Part shown: positions 21,443 to 31,156 of the stretch, one piece after another
Layout: every line of letters starts with the position of its first letter
How positions within the stretch are numbered: position 1 is the stretch's first letter
Source: an uncultured delta proteobacterium
GTDB taxonomy: Bacteria; Desulfobacterota; Desulfomonilia; UBA1062
DNA length: 64,000 bases
Direction of reading: 5' to 3'
NCBI GenBank assembly: GCA_963785235.1
Contig: CAWAUM010000001.1
Location: 416,001-480,000 of the forward strand
Position numbers and translations under genes: made by a program
Notes under the pieces: generated by a model
Databases searched by the model: none
Told to the model about the DNA's origin: nothing
The model's input: only the letters and a program-made list of their open reading frames with translations

Positions 21443-22612
21443 TTAGGAAACGGCTATAGGGTACGAACCGTAGCGAGCCACGGCATCGACCATGACGGTA
21501 AGCTTGTGCGCCGGGATGCTGCTCAGGCTGTGGACCGGCGAGATAATGAACCGTCCGCCGGGCCCCAGCTCGGCTATGAGCTTCTTCACGCTGTCCACCA
21601 CCTCGTGGTCTTTCGAGCGGTCCGTAAGGAGGTAATCAACGCCCACGCCCCCGATCATGGTCACCTTGTCCCCGTGGATCTTCTTCTCATGGAAGATGTC
21701 CACATTCGAGGTGTTCTCATAGGCGTGCAGCCCGTCGACGCCCCAGGAGATGAAGGTGTCGAAGAGCAGCGTGTTGTCGCCGCACGAGTGGAGAACATAC
21801 TTGCCGCCGCGGTCATGGACCGCCTTGATGATGCGCCGGTAGGGCCCTCCAAAGAGCTCGTCGATGAGTTTCGGGTTCATGATGGGGCCGCTCTTGAAGG
21901 CGAAGTCGTCGCTCTGGAGGACGACCGGTATGCCTGCATCGAGCATGGCCATGGCGGTCTTGAGGCTGACCTCTTCGCACAGGTCGATGAAGCGCTTGAC
22001 GAGATCTTTCTCCCTCCTGATCCACAGCGGCAGCCGTTCGATGCCGATAGCCCAGTACAGGGACTCCTGGATGCCGTATGCCGAGGACTGGCCAAAGAGG
22101 CAGATCCTCTCGCCGTACTTGGCCACCATCTTTTTGAAGAACCGGTAGGTGCTCTGGGCGAGCCGGTCCGGGTCGGGCCAGTAAGGCCAGGACTCGAAAT
22201 CTTCCCTGCTCTTGATGCCCGGGCAGCGGTACATGTAGGTCATATTGCCGAGCCCGTCGGGCTGCAGGTTGAAGATGGATCCGGTGCAGCGGGCCATGGT
22301 GTTGTGGTTGAGTATGGTGAAGGTTTCGTCCAGGATGGCCCAGGTGGAGTCGAAACCAAGCTCGCAGGCTGCCTTGATACGCTTTTCCATGGCGCGGTTG
22401 ATCTCCGGCTGGACGATGGGTCTGGTCAGCTTCGGCCCCCAGCGGTCAAGGATGAATCGGGTAAACGGGTTGTTGAGCTGCTTCTCCTGGGATACGAGAG
22501 GCTTGCCCAGCACCTCGTTGAAGGTACTGTCTTCCACCATGGCGCAGAACGTGGGGACACGGTCTACGGGTTTGCCTTCGAAAGTGCGGAGAACGCGTTC
22601 CTTGGGGTGCAT
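21443..22612 (-). CDS. URO-D family protein, probable substrate-specific methyltransferase (MT1)
   Basis: MHPKERVL...KPVDRVP, SDDFAFKSGP, LHSCG, GGRFIISPVHS. Confidence 0.82.
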   Translation of the reverse strand: MHPKERVLRTFEGKPVDRVPTFCAMVEDSTFNEVLGKPLVSQEKQLNNPFTRFILDRWGPKLTRPIVQPEINRAMEKRIKAACELGFDSTWAILDETFTILNHNTMARCTGSIFNLQPDGLGNMTYMYRCPGIKSREDFESWPYWPDPDRLAQSTYRFFKKMVAKYGERICLFGQSSAYGIQESLYWAIGIERLPLWIRREKDLVKRFIDLCEEVSLKTAMAMLDAGIPVVLQSDDFAFKSGPIMNPKLIDELFGGPYRRIIKAVHDRGGKYVLHSCGDNTLLFDTFISWGVDGLHAYENTSNVDIFHEKKIHGDKVTMIGGVGVDYLLTDRSKDHEVVDSVKKLIAELGPGGRFIISPVHSLSSIPAHKLTVMVDAVARYGSYPIAVS

Positions 22613-22659
22613 GGCAGCCTCCTCATTTTTTGAAAAATTTCGGATGCCTTATTTAACGC

Positions 22660-22688
22660 AGCATAGAGGCGGAAGGCATGTTTGTCAA
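22660..22688 (-). promoter_or_regulatory. Sigma70 promoter of the corrinoid methyltransferase operon
   Basis: Minus strand TTGACA (22688-22683), 17-nt spacer, TATGCT (22665-22660). Confidence 0.75.
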
Positions 22689-22715
22689 GAATAAATTGGT
22701 AAGACCAATTTATTC
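22689..22715. promoter_or_regulatory. FadR-subfamily (PdhR/LldR-type) GntR operator
   Basis: Perfect palindrome GAATAAATTGGT-AAG-ACCAATTTATTC with TGGT-N3-ACCA core, abutting the -35 box and next to a FadR-type gene. Confidence 0.85.
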
Positions 22716-22775
22716 CCGGAAGAACAGGGATATGCCCTGAAGGACTGAACACATAGGGTTGAATCTTGCCATGAT

Positions 22776-23525
22776 TCAGGGCGTTTTTAAAGGGATCGTG
22801 CGTCTCCCGGCCTTCAGGTCCAGTGCGGTGAGCAGTCTTTTTTCTGCATCGATTACTGCATCATCCATGATGCGTGCCGCATTGTCCGGGTCTTTGCTGC
22901 TGATCGCGGCAGTCAGGTCATTGACGAAAGCGATGGTTGCCTGCGCAGAATCGGGCAGATTGTAGTAAATGTCCGTATAATACCGGTAGATGGGCTTGAA
23001 CGAGTTGAAGAGGAGCTGAAAGATGAGGTCTTTTGTCATCCTGGCGAGTAAGGAATGGAACTGAAAATCGCTCTCGGAGATTTTTGCAGTACCCTTGCCA
23101 TGTCTCCCCAGTGCCTTTATCAGGACCTCTCCTGCAATGCGGAACTCTTCGATATCATCGGGCCCGGCCATGAGGGCGGCCTGGCTTGCATAAAAAGGTG
23201 CGGTAATCCGTCTGAATCTGAGCAGGGATATGAGCACCCCGGAATCAATGACCTCGGTGGTCTTCATGATGTGGACAAGCAGGTCAAGCGATCCCTCTGT
23301 CTGGTAGTCGGTGACATAGGTCCCGCTCTGGGCAAGGGTCTTTACCAGGCCGAGTTCGCTCAAATGGGCCACAGCCTCCCTCACGGCCGGTCGGCTTGCA
23401 GTGTATATGCGGGCGAGCTCGCGCTCGGAGGGAAACCTGGAGTGCGGCTTGTAAAGGCCACTGAGAATCGCCTTTTCCAGCTCGAGAAAGATCTTGTGTG
23501 AAACACGTAAGGGCATGGACGACAC
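22776..23525 (-). CDS. GntR/FadR-family transcriptional regulator
   Basis: wHTH FPSERELARIY.ASRPAVREAV..L...GLV....SGTYV and FCD-type DFQFH. Confidence 0.92.
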   Translation of the reverse strand: MSSMPLRVSHKIFLELEKAILSGLYKPHSRFPSERELARIYTASRPAVREAVAHLSELGLVKTLAQSGTYVTDYQTEGSLDLLVHIMKTTEVIDSGVLISLLRFRRITAPFYASQAALMAGPDDIEEFRIAGEVLIKALGRHGKGTAKISESDFQFHSLLARMTKDLIFQLLFNSFKPIYRYYTDIYYNLPDSAQATIAFVNDLTAAISSKDPDNAARIMDDAVIDAEKRLLTALDLKAGRRTIPLKTP

Positions 23526-23808
23526 CTTTCCTTAATAATTCCATAATGATCTAGACCATAGCCGGTCCAGCGTCAATCTCAACCGTGATGGCGTGGTATG
23601 GATTACCTGGGCCGGTTCTCCAGACATTACAACAACGTGATGAGATTGCAGGAATCACTGGTATTAGAAAATTGTATCTGATTCCACTTTATGCCACCTC
23701 GTTTATTCATTTACAAGTCCTGGGTTGATTTTGCTTTTCCAGGCCATATAAGAAAAGAAAGAAGTATTTATTAATAATAATGAGGAAAAGAGAACACTGG
23801 CCCCAATC

Positions 23809-24363
23809 ATGAAGACGTATGCTGAGATGGGAAGGAAACTCCTCAACATAATTCTGTTTCAGGCGGTTTGGTTCGCAGCAGTGCTGGGGGCTGCAGGCGG
23901 AAATGACTGGTATGGGCCGCTGGCGGTGGCGCTGGTGCTTTTGGTGCATTTCGTGCTCACGGAAGACCGCCTAAGTGAGCTGAGTTTGCTGCTTGTAGCT
24001 GGAATTCTCGGATTCTGTTTCGATACAGCGCTGTCGGTCGCTGAAATCGTCACCCCCCGGGGAGATATCCTGCCCCATCCGCTCAGCCAGCCCTGGATGA
24101 TCTCCCTCTGGCTCAATTTCGCAGCCACGCTCAATGTATCTCTGGAATGGCTCAAGGGGCGCTACCTGTTGGCGGCAATTTTCGGCGCTGTCGGAGGGAC
24201 CTGCGCCTACTACGGCGGCGCACGGCTGGGAGCGACACTGGCGCTGCCGGATGTCCATGGTATCATCATTCTGGCAGTGGGTTGGGGGATCGTGACACCG
24301 ATTCTGGTGTGGCTGGCGGGGAGGTTTCAGAAGAAAGACTTCCCTTCAAAAACAGTTCCATGA
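23809..24363 (+). CDS. DUF2878-family membrane protein
   Basis: NIILFQAVWF, PWMISLWLNFAATLN.SL.WL, FGAVGG..AY.GG..LGA. Confidence 0.85.
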   Translation: MKTYAEMGRKLLNIILFQAVWFAAVLGAAGGNDWYGPLAVALVLLVHFVLTEDRLSELSLLLVAGILGFCFDTALSVAEIVTPRGDILPHPLSQPWMISLWLNFAATLNVSLEWLKGRYLLAAIFGAVGGTCAYYGGARLGATLALPDVHGIIILAVGWGIVTPILVWLAGRFQKKDFPSKTVP

Positions 24364-24393
24364 GAACACCTCACATACGGAAGGAAGGAAAGC

Positions 24394-24798
24394 ATGATGA
24401 AGGTCATCTATCTCTATTTTCTCACAATACCTGTATTTTTCGGGATCGATATGATCTGGCTCGGGTTTGTGGCAAAGGGGTTTTACCACAAGAATCTGGG
24501 TCATCTGCTCCGGCCGGATGTCAACTGGACCGCCGCACTTGTCTTCTATCTGCTGTACATCGGCGGTATCCTGATCTTTGCAACTATGCCGGCACTGGAG
24601 AAAAATTCGCTGTATCAGGCAGTTGTTCTCGGGGGGTTGTTCGGTTTCTTCGCCTATGCCACCTATGACTTAACTAACATGGCCACCCTGAAGGACTGGC
24701 CGCTCAATGTCGTTATAGTGGATATCATCTGGGGCATAGTGCTGACTGCAAGCGTTGCGGCGGCGAGCTTCCTGATCGGCCGATGGCTCATGACTTGA
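24394..24798 (+). CDS. DUF2177-family membrane protein
   Basis: IDMIWLG, FY..LG.L, AYATYDLTN.ATLKDWP....VD..WG. Confidence 0.9.
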   Translation: MMKVIYLYFLTIPVFFGIDMIWLGFVAKGFYHKNLGHLLRPDVNWTAALVFYLLYIGGILIFATMPALEKNSLYQAVVLGGLFGFFAYATYDLTNMATLKDWPLNVVIVDIIWGIVLTASVAAASFLIGRWLMT

Positions 24799-24823
24799 GA
24801 GAAGAGCTGCAAGGGGTGATTCA

Positions 24824-25603
24824 ATGAAACTGGCCAATACCTTTTTAAGCGCTGCACTGATCGTGTTCCTGTACATGACGGCATTATACCTGCTGGCTCT
24901 CAGGCGCAAGGACAACAGTATTGCCGATGTGGCCTGGGGTTCGGGTTTTATACTCGTGGCCTGGTTCACCTTTCTTTTGTACGGTTCCTTTACCGTGCGG
25001 CAACTCACAGCTTGTTTTCTGGTATTGATCTGGGGGCTCAGGCTCTCCGTCAGGATCTATCTGCGCAACAGAGGTAAAGGGGAAGATGCACGGTACCGGA
25101 AGTGGCGGGAGGAATGGGGCAAGTCTTTTATCATAAGGAGCTATCTCCAGGTTTTCCTCCTGCAGGGAGGAATCCTGATTCTGAACATTACCCCTGTTCT
25201 TTTCATCAATACCTATGCCGCGGGTAACCCGGGTCTGATGGACTTGCTGGGAGTGTCTCTGTGGGTGATGGGTTTCTGCTTCGAGTCTGTTGCCGACTGG
25301 CAGCTGGACAGGTTCATCAAGAACCCGGATAACCGGGGTAAAATCATGGACCAGGGCCTTTGGCGTTATTCAAGACACCCAAACTACTTCGGCGAAGTCA
25401 CCATGTGGTGGGGCATATATATACTGGCTTTATCAGTACCCTGGGGTTGGGCATCCATTATCGGACCACTCACGATAAGCTACATAATCCTGTTTGTGTC
25501 CGGGGTTCCTATGACGGAAAGATTCATGGAGGACAATCCGGCATTCGCTGACTACAAAAGACGAACGAGTGCATTTTTCCCCTGGTTTCCGGGAAAGGAT
25601 TGA
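24824..25603 (+). CDS. DUF1295 (steroid 5-alpha reductase-like) membrane protein
   Basis: SIADVAWG, WGLRL, GEDARY, ADWQL, GLWRYSRHPNYFGE, YKRRTSAFFPW. Confidence 0.92.
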   Translation: MKLANTFLSAALIVFLYMTALYLLALRRKDNSIADVAWGSGFILVAWFTFLLYGSFTVRQLTACFLVLIWGLRLSVRIYLRNRGKGEDARYRKWREEWGKSFIIRSYLQVFLLQGGILILNITPVLFINTYAAGNPGLMDLLGVSLWVMGFCFESVADWQLDRFIKNPDNRGKIMDQGLWRYSRHPNYFGEVTMWWGIYILALSVPWGWASIIGPLTISYIILFVSGVPMTERFMEDNPAFADYKRRTSAFFPWFPGKD

Positions 25604-25652
25604 ATACGAAAGTGCATGGTATTTATTCTGCAAAGGGAGATAAGGTGGATGT

Positions 25653-26282
25653 ATGAACAGTAAAACACGGAAACTTCTTCTCTTAAGCATTATTATGACA
25701 GCCCTCTTGATGACAGCCCTCTTGATCCCCTTACCGAACAACATCGCCCTGGCAGGCTCGGATAAGGGTCAGTCCGCCGGCACGATCACCATCTCAGGGG
25801 TTGTGATGGATAAGACAGTTCAAATAGACGGCTATTCATGTGACTTGATCGGGGCAGGACTGCTCCGCTATCGGACTGTGTTCAAGGCATATGTGGCAGC
25901 CCTCTATCTGGGGAAAAAGCATACCTCTTCAGACCTGTTCAAAGACATCCCCAAGAGCCTGGTGATCGAGTACTTCCATGGGATTGCTGCCCAGGATTTC
26001 ATTTCAGCCACCCAGCAGGGTTTCATGAATAACCTCTCCAAGGATCAACTGGAGGCAATCAATGAACGAGCCAAGACCCTCTATTCCCTTTACCGTGATG
26101 TCAAGCCGAAGGATAGATATTCTTTTACATACATACCAGGTATAGGCTCACAAATAGCCCTGAATGGAAAGGTTTTAGGGACCATCAAGGGACTTGATTT
26201 TTCAAACGCCATGCTGTCCATCTGGCTTGGTCCTAATCCGCTGGATCAGAACCTGAAAAAAGCTCTTCTGGGCAAGAATTAA
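25653..26282 (+). CDS. Exported chalcone isomerase-like (fatty-acid-binding) protein
   Basis: Signal peptide, L.GAG.......KAYVAALY, LSIWLG..P....LK.ALLG. Confidence 0.85.
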   Translation: MNSKTRKLLLLSIIMTALLMTALLIPLPNNIALAGSDKGQSAGTITISGVVMDKTVQIDGYSCDLIGAGLLRYRTVFKAYVAALYLGKKHTSSDLFKDIPKSLVIEYFHGIAAQDFISATQQGFMNNLSKDQLEAINERAKTLYSLYRDVKPKDRYSFTYIPGIGSQIALNGKVLGTIKGLDFSNAMLSIWLGPNPLDQNLKKALLGKN

Positions 26283-26494
26283 AAGATTCTCTATAAAAAG
26301 CATAAGAGGTTCTGCCAGGGTTGCATAACGAGAAGAAGGTATACATATGCAGATGCCTTCACTCTTCTCAGGGGTACCTCTTGAGGAAACATAAAAACGA
26401 AGCTCCTTGAGCTTGATTTTCTCTTACGTCTTTCTTACTTTGTATTATATTGTCTTATTACTGAGGAGTTATACCTTAGGCGGGGGAACAAGTA

Positions 26495-27752
26495 ATGAAA
26501 ATAGCGGTCGTGGGTGCAGGTGTTGCAGGCATTGTTTCATCCTATCTCCTTCAAAGACAGCACGACATAACGTTATATGACAAGAATGACTACATTGGCG
26601 GCCATACCCACACCATTGTCCTTGAGAGCGGAGAAGATGCGGGTACACCTGTGGATACCGGCTTCATCGTGTTCAATGAGAAGACATACCCCAACTTCCT
26701 GCGTTTCCTTGCACAGCTCGGGGTTGAAAAGCAGAACAGCACCATGTGCTTCAGCTATTATGATGAAAGAACAGGTCTTACCTATGGGAGTGAAACCCTT
26801 GACACCCTATTTGCACAGCGCATCAATACCTGCAAGCCATCCTTCTGGATGATGATCTTCGGAATCCTCCACTTCAATCGCCATACTCCGAAACGCCTGC
26901 ATGAAGGAAGGCTGCGGGGATTCACCATGGGTGAGTATCTCTCGAGTTGCCGGTACAACCCCCACTTCATCGAGAAATATCTTCTTCCTATGTGTGCCTC
27001 AGTCTGGTCAGCACCTGATGTACGGATGCTTGAGTTTCCCATGGAAACCTTTGCGCGATTCTTTTTAAACCACGGCCTTTTCTCCATCATCAAGCACCCC
27101 CAGTGGTACACGGTGAAAGGGGGGAGCCACGAATACGTCAAGGCATTTTTAAAAACATTTCAAAGGGCGTGTTCTTCCAAACACTCCAGTGCAGGGAATC
27201 CGAAGAGAAAACGGCAAGGTGTTCGTAAAGGCCAAGGATGGCAGCGAAGAGGCTTATGATAAAGTCGTGCTTGCCTGCCATGCAGACGAGTCGCTGCGCA
27301 TACTTGCCGATCCATCGCCGGAAGAGTCTCGACTTCTGACTCCCTGGACGTATTCCTTCAACAGGACTGTCCTTCACACAGATACATCTTTTCTCCCTTC
27401 CCATCAAAAGGTCTGGTCTTCATGGAATTATGTACGCTCATCAGAGGTACAATCAGGTTCGCCTGTCATGCTCACCTATCACATGAACCGATTGCAGAAC
27501 CTCTCAACCAAGAACCAATACTGTGTAACCCTTAACCCCAAGAGATCGGTGGAACAAGGCCATGTTATCAGAGATATGGTCTACACCCACCCGATTTATT
27601 CGCCTGAGGCCTTATCTTCGCAGGCGGAGATCAATAAGATGAGCGGACAGAGGAACACTTATTACTGCGGGAGTTATCTGGGATACGGTTTTCACGAGGA
27701 TGCAGTGAAGTCTGCAGTGGCCGTAGCGAGGTCATTGGGTATCGAGTTATGA
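26495..27752 (+). CDS. FAD-dependent oxidoreductase (COG2907 type, UfaD-like), frameshift near 27170
   Basis: KIAVVGAGVAG, GGHTHT, VDTGFIVFN..TYPNF, FF.NHGL; then LACHADE, SWNY, TYHMNRLQ, YTHP, GYGFHEDAV.SA. Confidence 0.9.
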
Positions 27753-29749
27753 GGTCAAGGATTTACGAAGGCTTTGTTGAGCACATCCGGTTAAAGCCTG
27801 TCTTTCACAGGCTGAGATATCCCCTGTACTTTTACTGCATCGACCTGGACGAACTCTTTGAGATGGATAAAAAGCTTCCCCTTTTCGGCTACAACTGCAT
27901 GCGGCCTGTATCCATCCATGACGCCGATTACCTTGATGGCGGGGCAGGCCCGATCAAGGATAAGGTCATGCACCTTCTCGGACAAAGCGGCCTTGACTCT
28001 GAAGTCCAACGTATCTTCCTTGTCACACAGCCCAGATACTTTATGAGCATATTCAACCCGGTGAGTTTCTACTACTGTTTTGGAAAAAACGGAAATCTCA
28101 AAGGTGTGGTGACCGAGGTAAACAACACCTTTGGCGAACGGCATGTATACGTTCTGAAGGATGCGCGGGATCAGGGAAATGTCTATCCTGCCGTGTTCAC
28201 CACGGACAAGGCATTTCATGTATCGCCCTTTAACGATGTGAGCGGCAGCTATGAAATGAGCTTCTCTGAGATTGGAGATGAGGTTGACATCCATGTAGAT
28301 CTCATCCGCGATGGTGAGAAGGTATTCGGTGCCCAGCTCTTTGGAAGGGCACGGCCAATGACCACCAAGGAACAGCTCTCTATCATCTTGAGGCACCCCC
28401 TCATACCCCGACTCACCATGGCCAGAATCTACTGGGAAGCGGCCAAGCTTTTCTTCTTGAGGAAGCTATCCTATCACCCTAAACCTTCACCCATGAGCAT
28501 CATGACTATAAAGCGGAACCCACCGACTGCAATGCAACGTTTTATCATGAAGGTGATTGAAAGCCTGCTCGAAGGGATTGAACTGGGCAGACTCGAGCTC
28601 TTGTTGCCGGATGGGAGTACGCACAGCTTCGGAAAAGAATACGGGTCTCTGCAATCTGAGCGCATCCTTGTGAACGACTATGAATTTTTCACACGAATAG
28701 CGTTTCATGGCGATATCGGCCTGGGCGAGGCTTACATGGATGGTCTGTGGGACAGCGATGACCTGACAGGGGTACTCAAACTTCTCATCGAGAACAGGAA
28801 GGCCATATCCGAGGGTAACCTTGCATTCTCAGCTATCTCCCGCAGCCGGAACTACAGGTTGCATCTCTCACGACCCAACACCGTTGCCGGCAGCAAGGAG
28901 AACATTGCAGCTCATTACGATTTGAGCGCCGACTTCTATGCCACCTTCCTGGATGAGACCATGACATATTCCAGCGGGATCTTCAGGTCTGAAGACGAAA
29001 GCCTGGAAGAAGCTCAGCACAATAAGATACAAAGTATTATTGAAAAGGCCGGGATCACAAAAGAAGATCATGTCCTTGAGATCGGGTGCGGCTGGGGAGG
29101 GTTTGCCATAGAAGCTGTCAAGGCGACTGGATGCAGCCTAACCGGCATAACCATCTCAAGAACACAGTATGATTATGCAAAGGAAAGGGTAAAGCACGAA
29201 GGCCTTGAAGACAGGATAGAGATCCTTTTAGAGGACTATCGCACTGTGCGAGGTTCATATGACAAGATCATCTCCATCGAGATGCTCGAAGCTGTGGGGC
29301 ATGATCACCTGGGAAGCTTTTTTGCGATCTGCGATAACCTCCTCAAAACCGACGGCCTGGCAGTGCTCCAGGTAATAACCATCCCGGATGCCCGCTATGA
29401 AACGTATCGGAGTGAGGCGAACTGGATCAACAAACATATCTTCCCAGGCGGACACTTACCTTCGCTCACTGCGCTGTGCAATGCCATGACTGAGCGTTCC
29501 CGCCTCCAGGTTGAGCATGTGGAGAACATCGGCATTCACTATGCCGAGACGCTCAAGCGCTGGCGGCAGCGTTTTATCGCTGCAAAGGATGCGTTGACGA
29601 AGATGGGCTTTGACAGGACTCTGCAGCGTAAATGGATCTACTACTTCTCCATCTGCGAGGCCCAGTTCGGACTGCGCGTGCTGAACAATCTCCAGCTAGT
29701 GCTTACCAGGGAGGGGAACAGCGCTCTGATAAATCAGGGCTCGAAATAA
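27749..29749 (+). CDS. DUF1365 fused to a cyclopropane-fatty-acyl-phospholipid synthase-like SAM methyltransferase
   Basis: N-terminal H.R..P..H, FNPVSFYYC, EVNNTFGERH, KAFHVSPF, IYWEA..L; C-terminal GLGEAYMDG.W, NIAAHYDL, MTYSS, LEIGCGWGG, SIEMLEAVG, IFPGG. Confidence 0.92.
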   Translation: MRSRIYEGFVEHIRLKPVFHRLRYPLYFYCIDLDELFEMDKKLPLFGYNCMRPVSIHDADYLDGGAGPIKDKVMHLLGQSGLDSEVQRIFLVTQPRYFMSIFNPVSFYYCFGKNGNLKGVVTEVNNTFGERHVYVLKDARDQGNVYPAVFTTDKAFHVSPFNDVSGSYEMSFSEIGDEVDIHVDLIRDGEKVFGAQLFGRARPMTTKEQLSIILRHPLIPRLTMARIYWEAAKLFFLRKLSYHPKPSPMSIMTIKRNPPTAMQRFIMKVIESLLEGIELGRLELLLPDGSTHSFGKEYGSLQSERILVNDYEFFTRIAFHGDIGLGEAYMDGLWDSDDLTGVLKLLIENRKAISEGNLAFSAISRSRNYRLHLSRPNTVAGSKENIAAHYDLSADFYATFLDETMTYSSGIFRSEDESLEEAQHNKIQSIIEKAGITKEDHVLEIGCGWGGFAIEAVKATGCSLTGITISRTQYDYAKERVKHEGLEDRIEILLEDYRTVRGSYDKIISIEMLEAVGHDHLGSFFAICDNLLKTDGLAVLQVITIPDARYETYRSEANWINKHIFPGGHLPSLTALCNAMTERSRLQVEHVENIGIHYAETLKRWRQRFIAAKDALTKMGFDRTLQRKWIYYFSICEAQFGLRVLNNLQLVLTREGNSALINQGSK

Positions 29750-29779
29750 TGCGGTTGAAGGAACTCCACCCGTAAAGGA

Positions 29780-30382
29780 ATGATGGGGTATCATATGGGA
29801 GCTAGAATCTTCATGGGAATGCTGCTGCTGGCCGTGATCGTCCTGGCATACGGCTGCGCTGGCGGCAAGGCCAAGGGCGCCCAGGATATCAGGATCACCT
29901 ATGACGCCCTCAATGAGACAGACCTGGCGAGGATGAAGCACATGGAACATGGAACGCCCTTAGAGCAGGCTGCCATCGAGAGGTTCAAGGAGTTCTACAA
30001 GATTTTTTCTGAGGAGAGAATCAATGCCTCGTTTGCCGAGGTTTACGCCAGGGACGCCTACTTCGAAGACGGAATCAGACAGGTCAAGGGCCGCCAGAAC
30101 ATCAAGGAGTATTTCCTGAGCAACACCGTTTACTTTGACGAATGCACCTTTGACATCAAAGACGTGGCATACAGCCCGGGCAACTACTACTTCAGGTGGA
30201 TCATGCACCTGAAGCTCAAGCGCGACCCGGACAACCCCATGGTGCAGCCCGGTATTTCCCATGTTCGGTTCAACGAGCAGGGTCAGGTCGTATTCCAACA
30301 CGATTACTGGGAAACCCTGGCACTCTTCGAGCGGATCCCGGTCATGGGGAGCGTCATTCGTTGGATCAAGGGAAGAATATGA
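29780..30382 (+). CDS. NTF2/SnoaL-like lipoprotein
   Basis: Lipobox-like AYGC, Y..DAYFED, GISHVRF...G.V..QHDYW, PV.G.VIRWIK. Confidence 0.8.
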   Translation: MMGYHMGARIFMGMLLLAVIVLAYGCAGGKAKGAQDIRITYDALNETDLARMKHMEHGTPLEQAAIERFKEFYKIFSEERINASFAEVYARDAYFEDGIRQVKGRQNIKEYFLSNTVYFDECTFDIKDVAYSPGNYYFRWIMHLKLKRDPDNPMVQPGISHVRFNEQGQVVFQHDYWETLALFERIPVMGSVIRWIKGRI

Positions 30383-30435
30383 ATCATAGTGAAATCAGGA
30401 TATAGTATAGCACTGAAGAGAGGGGGAGATTCGCA

Positions 30436-31020
30436 ATGAGTAAAAAGGACAGAAGGATCATTCTCATCTGCCAGTGCCTTGTAAACCCTTATTGCAGGGT
30501 GCACATTTTAGGACAGAACTTCCCCTTATCCCTTGAAGTCACCGACTACCTCCTGAGAAAGAACGTTGGCATCATCCAGTATCCCTGTCCCGAGACTACT
30601 GCCATGGGTCTGATGCGTAACCCCCAGGGCCGCCAGCAATACGACAACATCTTCTTCCGCAGCCACTGCAAGGAGTTGCTCCAGGTGCCCATGCTCATGG
30701 TCAGGGAATTCCTCAAGAACCGCTACCGCCTGTGCTGCTTCATCGGCCTGGAAAACAGCCCCACCTGCGGCATCCACTGGGGTCGGCACAAGGTGAACAG
30801 GTATGGCACCGAGTCGCCCAACACCGACGAGGGGTATGGGAAAAACCCCAAAGACCCAGTTCTCCGGGGAATCATGGCCGAGATCCTGGAGGAGGAACTG
30901 GCCAAGGAGGGGATCACAACCCCATTCCTGGAACTGCCGGCCCTTTCTCCTGCCGATTCGGACAAGAGGAAACAGTTCTGGAAAGATCTTGAGGATGCAC
31001 TTTATTATATTCCCGAATAA
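30436..31020 (+). CDS. DUF523/TudS-related putative Fe-S desulfidase
   Basis: CQCLVN, IQYPCPE and GLENSPTCG Cys pattern. Confidence 0.7.
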   Translation: MSKKDRRIILICQCLVNPYCRVHILGQNFPLSLEVTDYLLRKNVGIIQYPCPETTAMGLMRNPQGRQQYDNIFFRSHCKELLQVPMLMVREFLKNRYRLCCFIGLENSPTCGIHWGRHKVNRYGTESPNTDEGYGKNPKDPVLRGIMAEILEEELAKEGITTPFLELPALSPADSDKRKQFWKDLEDALYYIPE

Positions 31021-31156
31021 GAGCAGGTAGCATCTTGAGATCCCTCTACCTGTGATATTACACATCCTGTTTTCAAAGATACCGCAGGATGCTTCACACT
31101 ACTGATCCGCGAAAGTTTTGGGGCACATTATTACAAAAGAATTCAAGGGGGATACC

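Noticed and set aside
19772-22612. Calling the URO-D proteins hemE
   Set aside because: No RQAGR motif, and the corrinoid/RACE context indicates methyltransferases.
21419-22633. 404-aa plus-strand ORF
   Set aside because: Antisense shadow of the URO-D-like gene caused by GC3 bias; no motifs.
22613-22775. Cobalamin riboswitch ahead of the B12 operon
   Set aside because: The leader after the promoter is only about 40 nt and has no B12-box; a protein operator explains the regulation.
27160-27200. Programmed ribosomal frameshifting or phase variation at gene splits
   Set aside because: Splits are scattered across unrelated genes with no consistent slippery site or repeat tract; sequencing error is the simpler explanation.
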